From Camelus dromedarius (lineage: Eukaryota), in the NCBI RefSeq assembly GCF_036321535.1, contig NC_087436.1, positions 113,214,001 to 113,278,000 of the forward strand: a DNA stretch of 64,000 bases. The letters are read 5' to 3'. The translations under genes were made by a program, and so were the position numbers. Position 1 is the first letter of the stretch; the number at the start of each line of letters is the position of its first letter. Below the pieces are notes generated by a model, which worked only from the letters and a program-made list of their open reading frames with translations, had not been told where the DNA came from and searched no databases. Shown in pieces: positions 49,771 through 62,900 of the stretch.

Positions 49771-52089
49771 GCTTCACAGAGGAGACAGGATCTTAGAAGG
49801 AACTGGCCAAAGAGGACTTCCCTAAAAGTATTCACTTTTCACAAGACTGATGAAAAGGATATCCCACAAGGTGAGCAAGCAGATCCTTGAGAAGCAGCTT
49901 TGGTAAATTAACTTCCATCTTCCCAGGCAGGCCAGCAACCTCCTTTTTTTTTTTTTAAATAGTAGAAGAACATATACCACTCGGCATTACTCTTCTTGAC
50001 AGCGGGAGATTACATGCTGGACTTGACTGAGTTTCTGTCAAGGAGAATTTATTGCAATTTCGAAGAAGGTTCTTAAGAGAGATGGCTGGTTTGCATTTAT
50101 TATACAGGTCCTAAAAATATGTCGGGCTTGATCTTCTGCAAAATCACCTTGCATAAACTTCCTGCTTCTTTTCCTCCCCTCCCGACTCCCACCCTCCCCC
50201 CACTTTGTATCCAGTGACCAATCCCACCACCCTCCGACAGCCCAGCTTCCAGCGCCTTGACCCACATTTTGTAGAGCTGCTTTTCGTCTGCAAAGTGGAA
50301 TTCTTACTGTCCTCAAAGCACAACTTGGAACCCCGCTGCTCCACAAATTCTTGTTAGGAGCCTGTCCGGGGATCCCCCAGTAGCTTTAAAGCCACAGCGA
50401 CCTGCCATCAGTCACTCTGGAGAAATGAAAGCCGAGATGTGCAGATCAACATAACACAAGAGTGAAAATGATAAGAGGTCCTGTTTGTGGAGTCGTCACT
50501 GCTTGTCATGAGCTGGCAAGTGGGCTCAGTGTTTTGCACATGCTGCCTGTGACTTCAAAACAACACCTCATTTACCTTTATACCCAAATTAGCACAGTTG
50601 CAGTCCTGCTGACTTGATTTGTGGAAAGCAGCCCTTCTCAAAGTGTCGCTGGCTATTTTCGAGAGGTCCAGGTGACTTACATGTGCTCAGGGACATGACC
50701 ATGACTTTGTCCTCCACAGATGTCCTGTGGGGCCACCGTGCTGCTGCCTTTGCTTCCACTGGCCAGTGGGACGGCCTTTCTTCTGGGAACAGTGGTGGCT
50801 GGTTGGTTATGGTTCTTTCTCCCATTTTGGCCTCAGTGGAAGTTGGCATTGGTCTTCCTTTACTGCCCTCCCTGATTCACAGGGTGGGGCCGTATACAGT
50901 ATCCAACTGGGATCCGACAATGGAACAGGACTGCACTGAAGTTTCAAGGGCAGTGGAAGGGCTGTGCAAAGTGGGTTATAATTTATAATTCCTCCCAGCT
51001 GGCTTGTCTTTATCCTAGGGTCCCTTCTTAAACCATCCCCTTGCCTGTCTGGGGGTCTGTCCTCCAAATGCCTCACCCTCCAGCTAACTTCCAGCCACCA
51101 CAAACACTCTGGGCATCTTCCCACTTCAGGCTCTGGGCCAAACTGATCCTCACCTAGTCTGAGACTTGCGCCAGGCCCCTGTTTCTCTTCTCAGCGTCAG
51201 CATCCTCCCAGGATTACTGACAGCGAGGACCTCAGCTCCCTAAGAGGAAACCACTATGGCCTGATGGCCCCAAGGAGATGCTCCCACCAGAGCGTAGCGT
51301 CAGCACATCACCGGCAGACACGGTTCTTCAGTGGAAACTGACAACCCGGTGTTGGGGCTGGAACAGCTCCTTTCCTCTGCCTTCCTGTCTCTATGTGGAG
51401 AAACTCCATCATGGCAACGCCACTGGCCTCTCGCCCATTCCCTGTCCAGGGACAGAGCAGTGACCGATCTGATTAGTGTGCTTGAGAAGGAGCTCAGTGT
51501 GTCTCCCTCTGTCACTGCTTATTTACAGATGTGAACACTCAGGAACAGGTATTCACAGGCAGAGTAGGTCAGTCAGGGCTGCTGTTTCTGAGGCAGTTAG
51601 CTTGTCTACATCAAGGGGGAAGTACTAACAATAAAGATCATATTTTTCTTCCTCTTCATTATATCCTTAGGATTTCCTACCAGTTGGCCTTCAAACTCAA
51701 AAGGGGAAGACGGTATGCTATATACATCTTCCCAAACCAAACCCACCTGCTGCAGGACAGCAGCCCAGGGCTGCCGGGCTCCATCTCAGTTCTACTCGTG
51801 TTCAGTCTCTTCGGGTCTGGTCACATCCCCAGTCACAAACCATTACATCAGCCAGTCTCCACAGACGTGGACAAGTGCTCAGTAGAGTCCTGGGTGCAAA
51901 AAAACAAAAAACAAAAAACAGTCCTCCACTCAAGAAGGCCCTTGACGAGGCTCCTCTGATGTGTAAGCAAGCAAATTTGTACTCGTTCCACAGCATGGAC
52001 CATGGCTGTGTCAGGGTGACTCTCCTTCTTCTTAGAACCCCTCAGTGGCTCATCATCTTCTACATTGGGGGGTGGCAAGGCTTGGGATG

Positions 52090-52238
52090 TGAGGTCTCCG
52101 TAGCAACTGCTTAACTCTGCCACTGTTGTGCAGTGACAGCCATAGTCAATGACCAAGGAGCAGAGGTGGCCATGTTCCAATAAAAATTTATTGACAAAAT
52201 GAGCAGTGGGTCACATTTGGATCTAGTTTGCCATCCCG
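52090..52238 (+). mobile_element. MER58A-like hAT/Charlie fossil (3' part)
   Basis: GTCTCCGTAGCAACTGCTTAACTCTGCCACTG...TGTTCCAATAAAAATTTATT...TAGTTTGCCATCCC. Confidence 0.75.
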
Positions 52239-53227
52239 TGCCAACCTGTGTTACTGGCTCCAAGCTCCTCAGTTTAGCATTCAAGGCTACTTAACTCTTT
52301 CGCCTCATGTACTGTCACTGACCACTTTCCACCTTCCCTTTCTCTCCACTTAGAATCCAGAGATACTCACCAGGTTATAATAACTCCATCCCCCACCCCC
52401 ACATACACATACACACACACACACTTATACGCACACTTTGCTGTTTTGTCATTCTGTGATTTTATATTCACTGTTTCCTCTGCTTGAAAAGCCATTCTTC
52501 CCTCTTCACCTGGTCACCTTCTACTCACACTTCAGGTCTCAATTCTAGGATGACTCTCTCCCCTGGAAGCCTTCTCCGAGGCAACCATGGCTGGGTTGGG
52601 TTTGGGTATCTCTCCTCTCCGTTTCCATGTGGTTAATGAATGATGACATGTTTTCCTTTTCTGAGTCGTTCTCCCTGGCCATCCAGGGAGTGCCCTGGGG
52701 CTGGGGAATCAGTTTCATAATCTCCACGTCCCTGGGACATCAGAGAGTATCCAGCACTGATCAGCTGTTGAATTTTCACAAAACTGAACCGGTGAAGCCA
52801 GAGTAATCCAGAGAGAAGCGGACAGGTTTTTCTGCAGATGTTATAAAGGAGGAGTTCAGGGGTAGGCTGAACACGTGGGATAAGTATAGAAAAAGCCAGG
52901 CTTGGGAACACTGGTCCCCTAAATACTGGGGTCTGAGGAGTAGACGGGCAGGTTTGACATTCTTTACTTTCTGTCTGAGTTCAAAGCATAGCTCCCACGT
53001 ACTAGAATTCACAATGCACTTGGCAGTGCAGTATTAAAGCAAATGAAATATTAAGAAAACCATGAGAAAAATCAGTGCATTATCAAATGGTGGGTTATAC
53101 AGGACAGAGAAAGTCTGGAGAAAAGGATAATCAACAGAAGCTAACATAGCTTTAAAAAAAGCCTCTGGGGCTGGCATGAGGGAAAGAATACCCCCCCCAA
53201 AAAAATTATGGAATTTATCCCTTTTAT

Positions 53228-54210
53228 TTTTTTACTTAAAAAACTTTCTATTGATGTATCATATAACCTCCAAATAACTCTTATCATAGAAGCACAGCTC
53301 AATGAATTTTCACAAACTAGACCCATCTCTGTAATTAACACTCAGATGAAGAATCTGAAATTTGCCAGCATCTCAGAAGCCCCTTGTATTCCCTCCCAGT
53401 CACTTCCTAGTTCCAAGGGAAACTCCTATCCTGACTCTCTCTCCTGACCTCTAATAGCAGAGGTTAGTTTTGCCTATTTGTGAACTTTATGTAAATGAAA
53501 TAATACAATATGTCTTCTTTTGGGTCTGTTTTCTTTTGCTCAACACTACATTCTGAAATTCATCCAAGTTATTATGTTTAGAAGTATTTTGTTCATTCTC
53601 ATTTCTGTTTAGAATTCCATTATATAAATATACCACATTTATTTAGTCCTTCAGTTAATGGAAATTTTCTTGGTTTCCAGTTTTTAGCTACTAAGGGATA
53701 GTGCTGCTTTCTAACACAAGTCTTTTGAGTGACTTATGTATGAATTTTCTGTTGAATATGTATCTAAGGAGTGAAATCACTGGGTCATTTTATATATATA
53801 TATATTCAGCTTTCATAGATAATGCCAAATCACTTTCCAAAGTGGTTGTACCATTTTATACTTCCACCTGCAGTACGTGGAATCCCAATTGCTCCACATC
53901 TTCTTTAATTCTTGGCCTTATCAGTCTCTTTAATGTTAGTCATTCTGGTGTGCGTGTAAGGTATCTCTTTGTTGTTTTAACTTGTATTTCGTTGATGACT
54001 TATGAAGTTAATTACCTTCCAATAAATTTGTTAAATATTTCTATATCCTTTATGGTTAAAATATTTTACCTTTTTTGGGGGGTTGTCTGCCCTTTTGCTC
54101 ATTGATCTATAGGAGTTCTTTATATATGTTGGGTATATGTCCTTTGTCAGATAGATGGGTTACAATCTGGTGGTCCCCTTTATTCTCTCAATAGTGCTTT
54201 TAATAAACAA
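53228..54210 (-). mobile_element. Old L1 (L1MB/MC/ME-like) 3' end
   Basis: ACAGCTCAATGAATTTTCACAAAC...TTCCAAAGTGGTTGTACCATTTTATACTTCCACC. Confidence 0.75.
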
Positions 54211-57200
54211 AAGAAATTCCCATAATTTCTAATTCTCCCTTAGACTTTTCTCCTTTCTGGTTCATAGACTCAGTGAATGAGTCTATTAGGTATAGAGAGC
54301 TTGAAAACAATAATAGAACAAAACTAGGAGATCACCTGATTCAATTTCCTTGGTCTTTCTTTTGGGAAAATACAGGCCAGACAGAACGGATAACTTGCTC
54401 TGAGTCATCAACTCAGTCAACAGAATTATGGCCCAGGGTTCTTGTCTCCTGGCCCAAGGTTCTTACACAGCCACATTCACTCTTTCATTGGAGTAGTGGG
54501 AACAAAGTGAGTGTCTATGGCAAGTGGCAGCCTGGTTGTTGTTAAACTGTGTCTACAATGGTGGGAATTTCATCAGCCCCAGGGCCAGAGGACTAAAAGA
54601 GCAGACTCCTCTGGACCCAGCTCCCTTTACACCCCTGAAGAGGAGCTACAGTCCATTTAGGAAACTCTTGACCTGCACTGCTAAGCCCTGCTAGGCTATG
54701 CACAGCCTGATAGCTACCGTCTCCGTTCTAAAAATAGTGAGGAGTTATTTCCATTGGCAAAATGCTTGGGACAATGAAGGGAGAGGGTGGGTATAACTCT
54801 CCCACAGTTTTACTCTAGTAAGTAATTGTGCTCTAGCCCAAACCCTGATTACCCAGAGTGATAGGGAAATTATAAAGTCACAGTAGCCATTCATCTCATC
54901 TTCAGGAGCCGATGAAATGGCTTGTCAAGGCCACATCCCTCACCAGCCAAGGCCAAGTGTACCTGCTGAGTCAGCACAATGCCTTTGGGAAGGGACAGGC
55001 AGAGGGATGGGCAGACAGCCGGGTTACTGCCGCTGCTGAAGTCCTACAGAAACAAGAACACCTCGGCATCTCTCAAATGGAGCAGACGTCAGTGGTGACC
55101 CCAGTGTCCTGTGCTCCACTCATTATCTGGGTACCCTCTGGGGAAATTTGACTTCATCTTCATCAGACTGAGTTTTGTTTTTGTTTTTGTTTTTTAATAA
55201 TCTGATTTGATCAGGATTTCACACCTACTTCCCATCAGCATAATTTATTTACAATACATAAGAGGTCAGAAGGATATGCCCACATGTGTATTTCTGGATA
55301 GTGTTGCTAAGGATAATTTCTATTTTTTCAATCTGAAATTTTGAATTCTTCTACTGGCTTGAACCAAAGGAAAATTTGCTGGCTTTGTAGATCCAAACTG
55401 GCTGAATACTAGCAGTTTCAAGTGGTTTGACCTTATGTAACAAGCAAGCATTATTGTGGTATTTTAAAAATAAGAAAGGCTTTTATTATTTATTTATTTA
55501 TTTCTAGGTTAGAATAAAAATAACGCCAATACCTACCACTTAACGTCTCTTTATTGCTAAACCCTCCGCTGCTCACCCAATTTACCTGCTGTTTAATCTG
55601 CCTAACCATGCTGTAAGCGGGAGGGCTATTATTAATCCTATTTTATAGATGAGAAACTGAGGCTCAGAGAGCCCCAGTGAACCAATCACTCCACTGGCGA
55701 GGGCAGGGCTGTGAGTCAGGGCTCAAAGCCCTTGCTCTTAACTGTACCCCATCCAGTGTGACTCCATGCCCTCTGATTTCAACTGAAACTCTAAGTCAGA
55801 ACGTACAGGCAAACCTCCCAAGGGTGAGACCCAGCATTTGTGGGCAGGGCTGAATCTCATTCCTGTGGGATCATGCCATCTTCTAAGAGCAGATACCCAG
55901 AAAGGACTTGCTCAGCAAATATAATAGTTAAGGCTTAAAGAAGCAAAGAGAGAGAAACAAAGGGAGAGAAACTTCCCTGTCCCTAGCTTTTCCAAGGTGT
56001 TCCTGGGCTCAGAAGTAACCCATGGGCCCCCGAACTCCCCATCTCTCATCTCTGTCCTCACTGCCTTCCCAGGACCAACACTCTTAGGAATCTATACAAA
56101 GGGTGTGTATTAACCACAGGCCAGCAGAGGGAGAACCAACACTAGCCTCTTCCAAAGTTGATCACAAACCTCTTCCTTGTAGAAGACGAAAATGGCTGTT
56201 AAAAGCTGTCCAGCCTTTTTCTTGAACGTTTTGTGGGACTGTGCAATGTTTCTGGCGCTGGTACGTTACTTTAATGATAAAGGCAGCTGTTACTTACTGA
56301 GCACTTACTGGGAGCCAACATCACTGTTAAGGTACTCTGCATACAACCAGTGTTTAAAACTCAATCTAGCTGGCGTCAGAGATCAAACGTTTTTACCTTA
56401 GTTCTGCAACTGCCATCCTTGGGTTTCAGAGGGGCTGTGAATCCCTGAAAAATTGTACCTAATTTGTGTGTGTGTGCCTGTATGTACATATAAGCTTACG
56501 TGCTTTTATTTTTACTTTTTCCTGAGGAGAGAGGTCTCAGCCTTCCTGAGAATCTCAAAGAGGTGAAAGACCCTATAAGATTTAGGGACCGCCTTAGGAA
56601 GAGAGGGCTAAGGAAAAGCTGCCTAGATGACACGAGAGACAGATGGGACCATTCATTGCTCTTAAGCCTCTGGGCTACGACTGAAAGGGACGGGGTTAAG
56701 GCAAGCATGTAACAGTCAAGAACACTGATCAATGAAGGATGAATTACAAACCCTTAAATCTGTGTTATCTAAGCCATGCTGGGAGTAGAATGAAACACCC
56801 TGTACTGGCGAGATTGTGAAACCAGTTTTGTAATCAGAGGAAGGCTCCTGGAACACAGCTGGGGTGGGGGCAGGAAAGGACAGACAAGACAATGTATGCG
56901 ATTGTTTCAGAAACAGAACACAGCAAGGAAGTAGGGAGAAAGTTCAAGGTTATTCCAGAGGCAGAATCCATTCCCTTTGGAAAGCACCTCACAGTTTAGA
57001 AAGTTCCTTCAAATACATGTCTGCCAAAGGTTCTCAAAATGATTCTGAGAGGTCAGCAAGGTGGACTACTGCTTTTGCTCTAGGAAGAAATTGAAGCACA
57101 GAGGGGTTAAATTGAAGCACAGAGGGGTTAAGTTACCTGCCTAAGGTCACACAGCTAGCAAGTAGCCATGGTCGTCTAGCAGCTAGCTGTGTAGATTTTC

Positions 57201-57399
57201 CACTCTACCAATGTGGGATCCTGTAGTAAGAAACATGTTACTGCCAACTGGTTCTAATTTGTGACCAAAGGAAAGTGACCTTTGGACACCAGGTTGGTTT
57301 CAAACTCAAGCTTTCAAATATTCTAATAAGTCTGAGGGGCAAAGCTTAGTGATTAAGATCTTGGCCTCTGGAATCCACTGCTGGGCCCAACCCCAGTCA

Positions 57400-57650
57400 C
57401 CCCTAGAAGCAGGGCAGGCATCTGGAAGTACTTCCCAAGCAGGGAGGGGAACAGTTGTGAATAAATACTCTGAGTTTCTTGCTCCTTGGTTATACAGTTC
57501 TGAGGTGGGCTGTACAGTTTCTCAGAAGGTTCCGGCAGGGCTGAGCCTCCAGTTGACCTCAGTGGGATCTGTGTCAACACCCTCCATCCACACACCTTCC
57601 TTTCCTGTCTCTCCTCCCCAGTTTGTCTCATTGCTTCCTGGGATGGCCTC
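57400..57650 (+). mobile_element. ERVL LTR fragment (LTR16A-like)
   Basis: GAATAAATACTC...TTCTGAGGTGG...GAGCCTCCAGTTGACCTCAGTGG...TGCTTCCTGGGAT. Confidence 0.55.
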
Positions 57651-59140
57651 CGGGTTCGAAACCTCCCAGAAAAGCAAATGCCCAGACAGGTTCAAACGTA
57701 CAAGAAACTTCTGAAAAAAGAAGGAGGAGGGGGAGTGGACCAGGAGCCTTTGAATGGAAATCCAGACCTGCCCCTGGGAAGGAGAGAGGAAGGAAGGAGG
57801 TTTGGCTGGGAAGATTCTGGTGCTGCAGTGCAGCCCAAGACATACCTGATCAGGAGGATGGGGAGTCCTAGAGCCAAAGCCACTGGCTGAGGAGTCACGG
57901 GCCACATAGGAAAGGGCCTACACAGGACCCCACTGTGTTCAACAGCTCTGCTCGCACCTGGAAAGTGTGGCCTCACTACGGATATGGAGGACCCAGAAGG
58001 GCGGGGTCTGGGGCTGCCAATCAATCCAGTGCCCCTCAAGAGGAAATCCGGGTGGTCCTTCTCCTGCACATCCTTGTCCCTGGGTCTGATCCTGGAAACT
58101 CACCCTAAAACATAGCTCACCAATTCATAGGTCAACATGCACAGAATGAACCACGTGTTCACACAGCGCCCAGGCACTCACCACGTCATGCAGGAGTCTT
58201 GAGGAAAAGACCAAGATCAAGACTAGAATTTAGCGGGAAATGGAGACCCTGACTTTGCTGAGGGCCCTGTATCCCTGAAGGCAGTGGTGAGCGGTGGGGA
58301 ACCGGGAAGGCGGGCTCTGCAGTCAACCCTGGGGATGACCAGCCCCTTGGCCCTGGACCGTGGGCTCCGAGAGCCCCGGGGACCTGGGCAGTATTGGGAG
58401 CAGACGCTGAGCGCACTCTGTTCTGCTGCCGGTTATCAGGAGGACAGAGAGTCTGCGGAAAGCGTTTCACAGGCTCTGCGGTAAGGAATTGGGTTTCCTT
58501 TGACGCACGCAGCACGTGATACTGCCTCTCCGGTTTGTCCAAAAACTCCTAGAAATGATACAACAGAAATATTTTGAAAATGAATAAGCCTTATACATTA
58601 TTCTCCAACTAAAAAAAAAAAAAACTCAGAGTTCTGTGCTTGTTATGTGCAATATTGTCTGAACATCACTTTTTGCCGGTTTCCCCATAGCAACTCTGGC
58701 CTGAGAGAGAGTAAGTCGCAGAGAAGCAGCTGCTCCGTAAAGCGGAGGTTGTGATTTTTTTTTTCCCCCAAATGTCCTGAACAGAAGAGACAAGGAGAGG
58801 AAGAAGCACTGGGAAGAATGCAGGGAGACAGCAGCCCAGTCTGGCATCTGCTGCCTGCTGCAAACTGGGAGCAAGTTGGAGCCCAGGGTGCGCCGCGCAC
58901 CACCTGCGCGGGGGCAGACAGCGCAGAAAGCAGGCTTCTCTCTGATAAAGGGACTTTTTGTCTAGATCGTGTTTCACAAAGGGAAGAAAATATAAAAAAC
59001 ACCTTAACGCTTATATTTTCAAGATACTATCTTATCTCATATGCTCATATGCTCCCTGAGTGTCTCCTGCGGTCCCAGGGGTAGGAGACCAGGTCACCGA
59101 AGGGAAATCGAGGATCAGAGGAGTTAAGTGACTTACATGT

Positions 59141-59322
59141 AAAGTTGTCAGATTGAGCTAACAAATTACAGAAAGCCCCAGGTAAATTTGAATGTCAGGC
59201 AAACAGTGAAAAACTTTTAGCCCATGTATGTCCCATGAAATATTTGGGACATACACTAAGAAGGAGACTATCTGAAATGCAAATTTAACTGGGTGTTCTC
59301 CTTTATTTCCCCTAGTAAACTT
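59141..59322. mobile_element. MER53-like palindromic hAT MITE, nested in a MIR
   Basis: Central inverted repeat GTATGTCCCA...TGGGACATAC. Outer arms CCCAGGTAAATTTGAATGTCAG / CTGAAATGCAAATTTAACTGGG. Confidence 0.75.
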
Positions 59323-59444
59323 AATTAAATATAGTTAGTTAGTGTCACAGTTAAACCCAAAATGTTCTAATTGCAAAGTTTTCTATCACACTACACTGAC
59401 TCCCAAAGACAAGAATTCAATCTGGACATGTGATAGTTTGTTGT

Positions 59445-59528
59445 ATTTTTTAGATTCCACACATAAGTGATGTCATACAGTATTTGTCTTTCTCTGTCTG
59501 ACTTATTTCACTTAGCATAATGCCCTCC
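59445..59528 (-). mobile_element. LINE-1 3' region fragment
   Basis: TTTTTTAGATTCCACACATAAGTGATGTCATACAGTATTTGTC... similar to 36045-36120. Confidence 0.75.
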
Positions 59529-59538
59529 TGTATACTTT

Positions 59539-59860
59539 TTAAAAATTTTTTATTTTATTTATTTATTTTTTATTGAAGTACAGTCAATTACAATGTGTCA
59601 ATTTCTGGTGTGCAGCACAATGTCCCAGTCATGCATATACATACATATATTTGTTTTCCAATAGCCAAGACATGGAAGCATCTGAAATGTCCATCGACAG
59701 ATGACTGGACAAAGAAGTTGTGGTATATTTACAGTGTGGAATACTACTCAGCCATAAAAAGAATAAAATAATGCCATTTGCAGCAACATGAATAAACATA
59801 GAGATTGTTATTCTAAGTGAAGTAAGCCAGAAAGAGAAAGAAAAATACCAAATGATATCA
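59539..59860 (-). mobile_element. 5'-inverted (twin-primed) short LINE-1
   Basis: Tail and 3' tip on minus (59539-59658), then an ORF2-end segment on plus (59659-59860). Imperfect TSD CCTCCTGTATACTTT (59524-59538) / CCTCCCTTACTTT (59861-59873). Confidence 0.85.
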
Positions 59861-59942
59861 CCTCCCTTACTTTAAATCATCTTTAGATTGCTTCTAATAT
59901 CTAATACAATGTAAATGCTATGTAAATAGCTGTAAATACAAT
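59861..59942 (+). mobile_element. MER2-like fragment (target of the inverted L1)
   Basis: ACTTTAAATCATCTTTAGATT...CTAATACAATGTAAATGCTATGTAAATAG matches 7378-7440. Confidence 0.75.
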
Positions 59943-62900
59943 CAAAAAGGTAGGTAAATAGCTGCTGGTGGGCTACTATGCATACCCTCAAAGATGATAT
60001 ATTCAACTTATTTGACCATAAAAGCTCAATTTTCTTCTGAGAACCATGTAGCAGAATGGGTCCCACAGAATACACTTTGGGAAAGGATACCTCTACCTAA
60101 GCCCTCTTCCTTCTTGTCTCCATAGCTCACACACATTGCATGATTTCTAGTTCTTGGTCCTGTCCATTGTTTCCTGGAAAATTTCTCCAAGTCTCCTAGA
60201 TCATTTCTGTCTCTAGTTACTATATTTCTCTCAAACGCATTCTCTTTGTCAACAATACTATCACAACTAACTATGGAGGATTGCTTGCATTTATAAAAAG
60301 GTAAGCTTAGTACAAATGAAAGGAAAATTTAAAGTATATTGGGGGAAATGGCAAATTTTAAAATGCCTTTCTCCTTGGTAGAAACAAGCTGAAAACTTAA
60401 ATAGCTTTAAATGTTTAGGTAGACAAACATAAATGCTAGAATATACAGGCATAACAGGATAGGCTCAGACTATTGGTAAGTTTCACGTTTAGGAGTGTGG
60501 GGGCCAGCTTTGTTCTCCATGGAACCATCCTGTGTATCAAACACAGAAGGATGGAGCATTCATTGTTTAGTCGCTCACATCTCCCATTTAAAATGTTATT
60601 TAAGCATGAGGTCTGGCTGGGAGTGCCCTTGGCCCTCCAAGTTCTACCTTCCCCATCAGTTGCTCAGAGGAGTTCATAGGTGAATGAGCTCTGAAAATTG
60701 TGTAAGTCACAAAAAAGTGCTATTTTTATCATCATTATCATCAGAGAAGCAGGATAATAGGATCTGAAATGACCTTGACAATATGTCCAGCCTTAATTCT
60801 TGTCTCCTGACAGGACCATGCAAGGTGGCCATGACCTGCTTTTCTAATTTGTTCCAAAAAGGATATTGTTCCAAGGCCCCTTAGCAAGCTGCCACTGTAT
60901 CTCACCCACAGCATATCGCTACCCTCGGAGATCACAGAGTACGTTCTAAATGCTTGCATTCTTTTAGCCTTTGATGAAATATCTTTAATAGGAAAGACTG
61001 AGGAGAAAGGAAGTCGAGCCAACCTTCACAGTCGTGTCTGTTCTGTGAGGTGGGGACCAGAGGCCCTCACTTGCCAAACCACATGACAGATGGCTGAGCA
61101 AGTAAAGATCTGATTCTCTGGTCATGATCCGTGTCAGAAGGAGCCCAAATGGAGGTGAGGTGAGTAGAGAGAAAGTACTCTGCACAAGAAAGCAAATGTT
61201 CCATTTGTCACCGGATGGATGCCTTTCTGTAAAACATAGTGAGAAGCGCGTCTAGTGGACTCATGGCATTCAGAGCTCATCCTCCTGGTCTACCTCTGGT
61301 TTACTTGTCCAGCTTCACCTTCTGCCACTCTCCAATACCCTACACAATCAGTCAAGACACCACACAATCTCCCATTTTTCTTTGAATGCACCTTTGCCTT
61401 GATCAGTGACACTCCATCTAGCCTGTCCACCTATCTCCTCCTTACCCTTCACAGGTTTTCCTGGTGTCACCGTTTCTATGAAGCTTGTCCCTAGTGACAT
61501 AGGGCTCCCCTGTCCAGATCATTTCTCTCATACAGAATTTCTGTCATAGCACTTGCCGTGTTATTTTATAACTGTATATTTATTTTTTTCTGACTAGAAG
61601 ACTCTAAGTTTCTTGAAAATAAAGCTCTAGTATCTTGATCCTAAAACCTGGCAGGTATACAGTGTTTGATGAATTCATACATGAGTGACTCCAAGAAGGA
61701 GCAGCTTTGTGCATAGATCTGTCAAGAATTGTATTTAATTAGGATTATTCAGGCCTAAAGGCAATGAGTGCTAAAGAATACCTTCTGAAAGAAATGCATT
61801 AAGCAGAGAGCATGGCAGTAACTTTCACAGCAAAATATTGTCATATTCTGTATTGTAATGTTCACATTGTAATGATGTTTACAAATGATTAGTGTCTGTA
61901 AATGGGCAGGCTCAAATCTCCTCAAATCTCACCACATCCTGGACACATTCTTAAAATAATCTCACTTGGTTATTACATTATGTTAATTTTATTTGATATT
62001 TGTGGGTGAGATTGATACTGTGTTATTTAGCCCTTATGTATAACTGGTCTATTTTGTCTTCTTGGGCTATATTCCTTGAAAACTCTACAATTGGACTGCA
62101 TATTTGGTTATAGCAACTTAATGGCATGAATTCTCAAGGCAGGACAAGCTTGCTTTTATCTCTATCCTTTACAGCTATGTGACCTTGGATAAGTCCCTTA
62201 AATTAACCAAACTTTGGTTTCCTATTTCTTAGAAGTTGGGAGATAGGGTTCCTGTATTATTGGGTTGTTTTGATGGTTAAATAAAGAATGAAAAGCATGT
62301 GGTCAGTAGAATATACTAAATAAATGTTAGCTTTGTTCTCTTCCTTTCTCTTCTTTACATAAACATGATGCGCTGTCAGTGGCTGTTCCCTGATGGATGG
62401 AAATCCCTGTAGGAAAATTAACATGACCTGGGGGGCAAGGGGTAGTGTTTCCTCAGCCAAGAAGGATCTGATACCAAACTGGTTAATCTTTTCTTTTTTT
62501 TTTTAAGGGATAATTCAGAGTTGTCACTATCTCTTTTCTGCTTGACCCTTCAGTCAACTTGGGGACCCTTGTGGATGAGAATCGTAACGTTCAGAAGAGA
62601 CCCAATTTGGTACAAACAGACTGAACAGCTGGATGGCTTTTTTGCTTCTAGCTACAGTGATCAAAAGGATACTTAAAGCTTGAGATCTACGTGTGTACTA
62701 AATTTAAAAAAAATGAAAGAGATACTCAAACAAACTTTAAAGAGATCTGTACCCAGAAAGTGCCTTTCCTAGATATCAGATAGAACAAGAACCCAGAAGT
62801 CAGGCTGTGAAAAGTACCTAAATTGCTAGCTTCATTTCAGCTTTAACTTTGCAGGATTTTTTTTTTTTTTCTAAGTGACCTAATTGCAAAGCACATCGTT

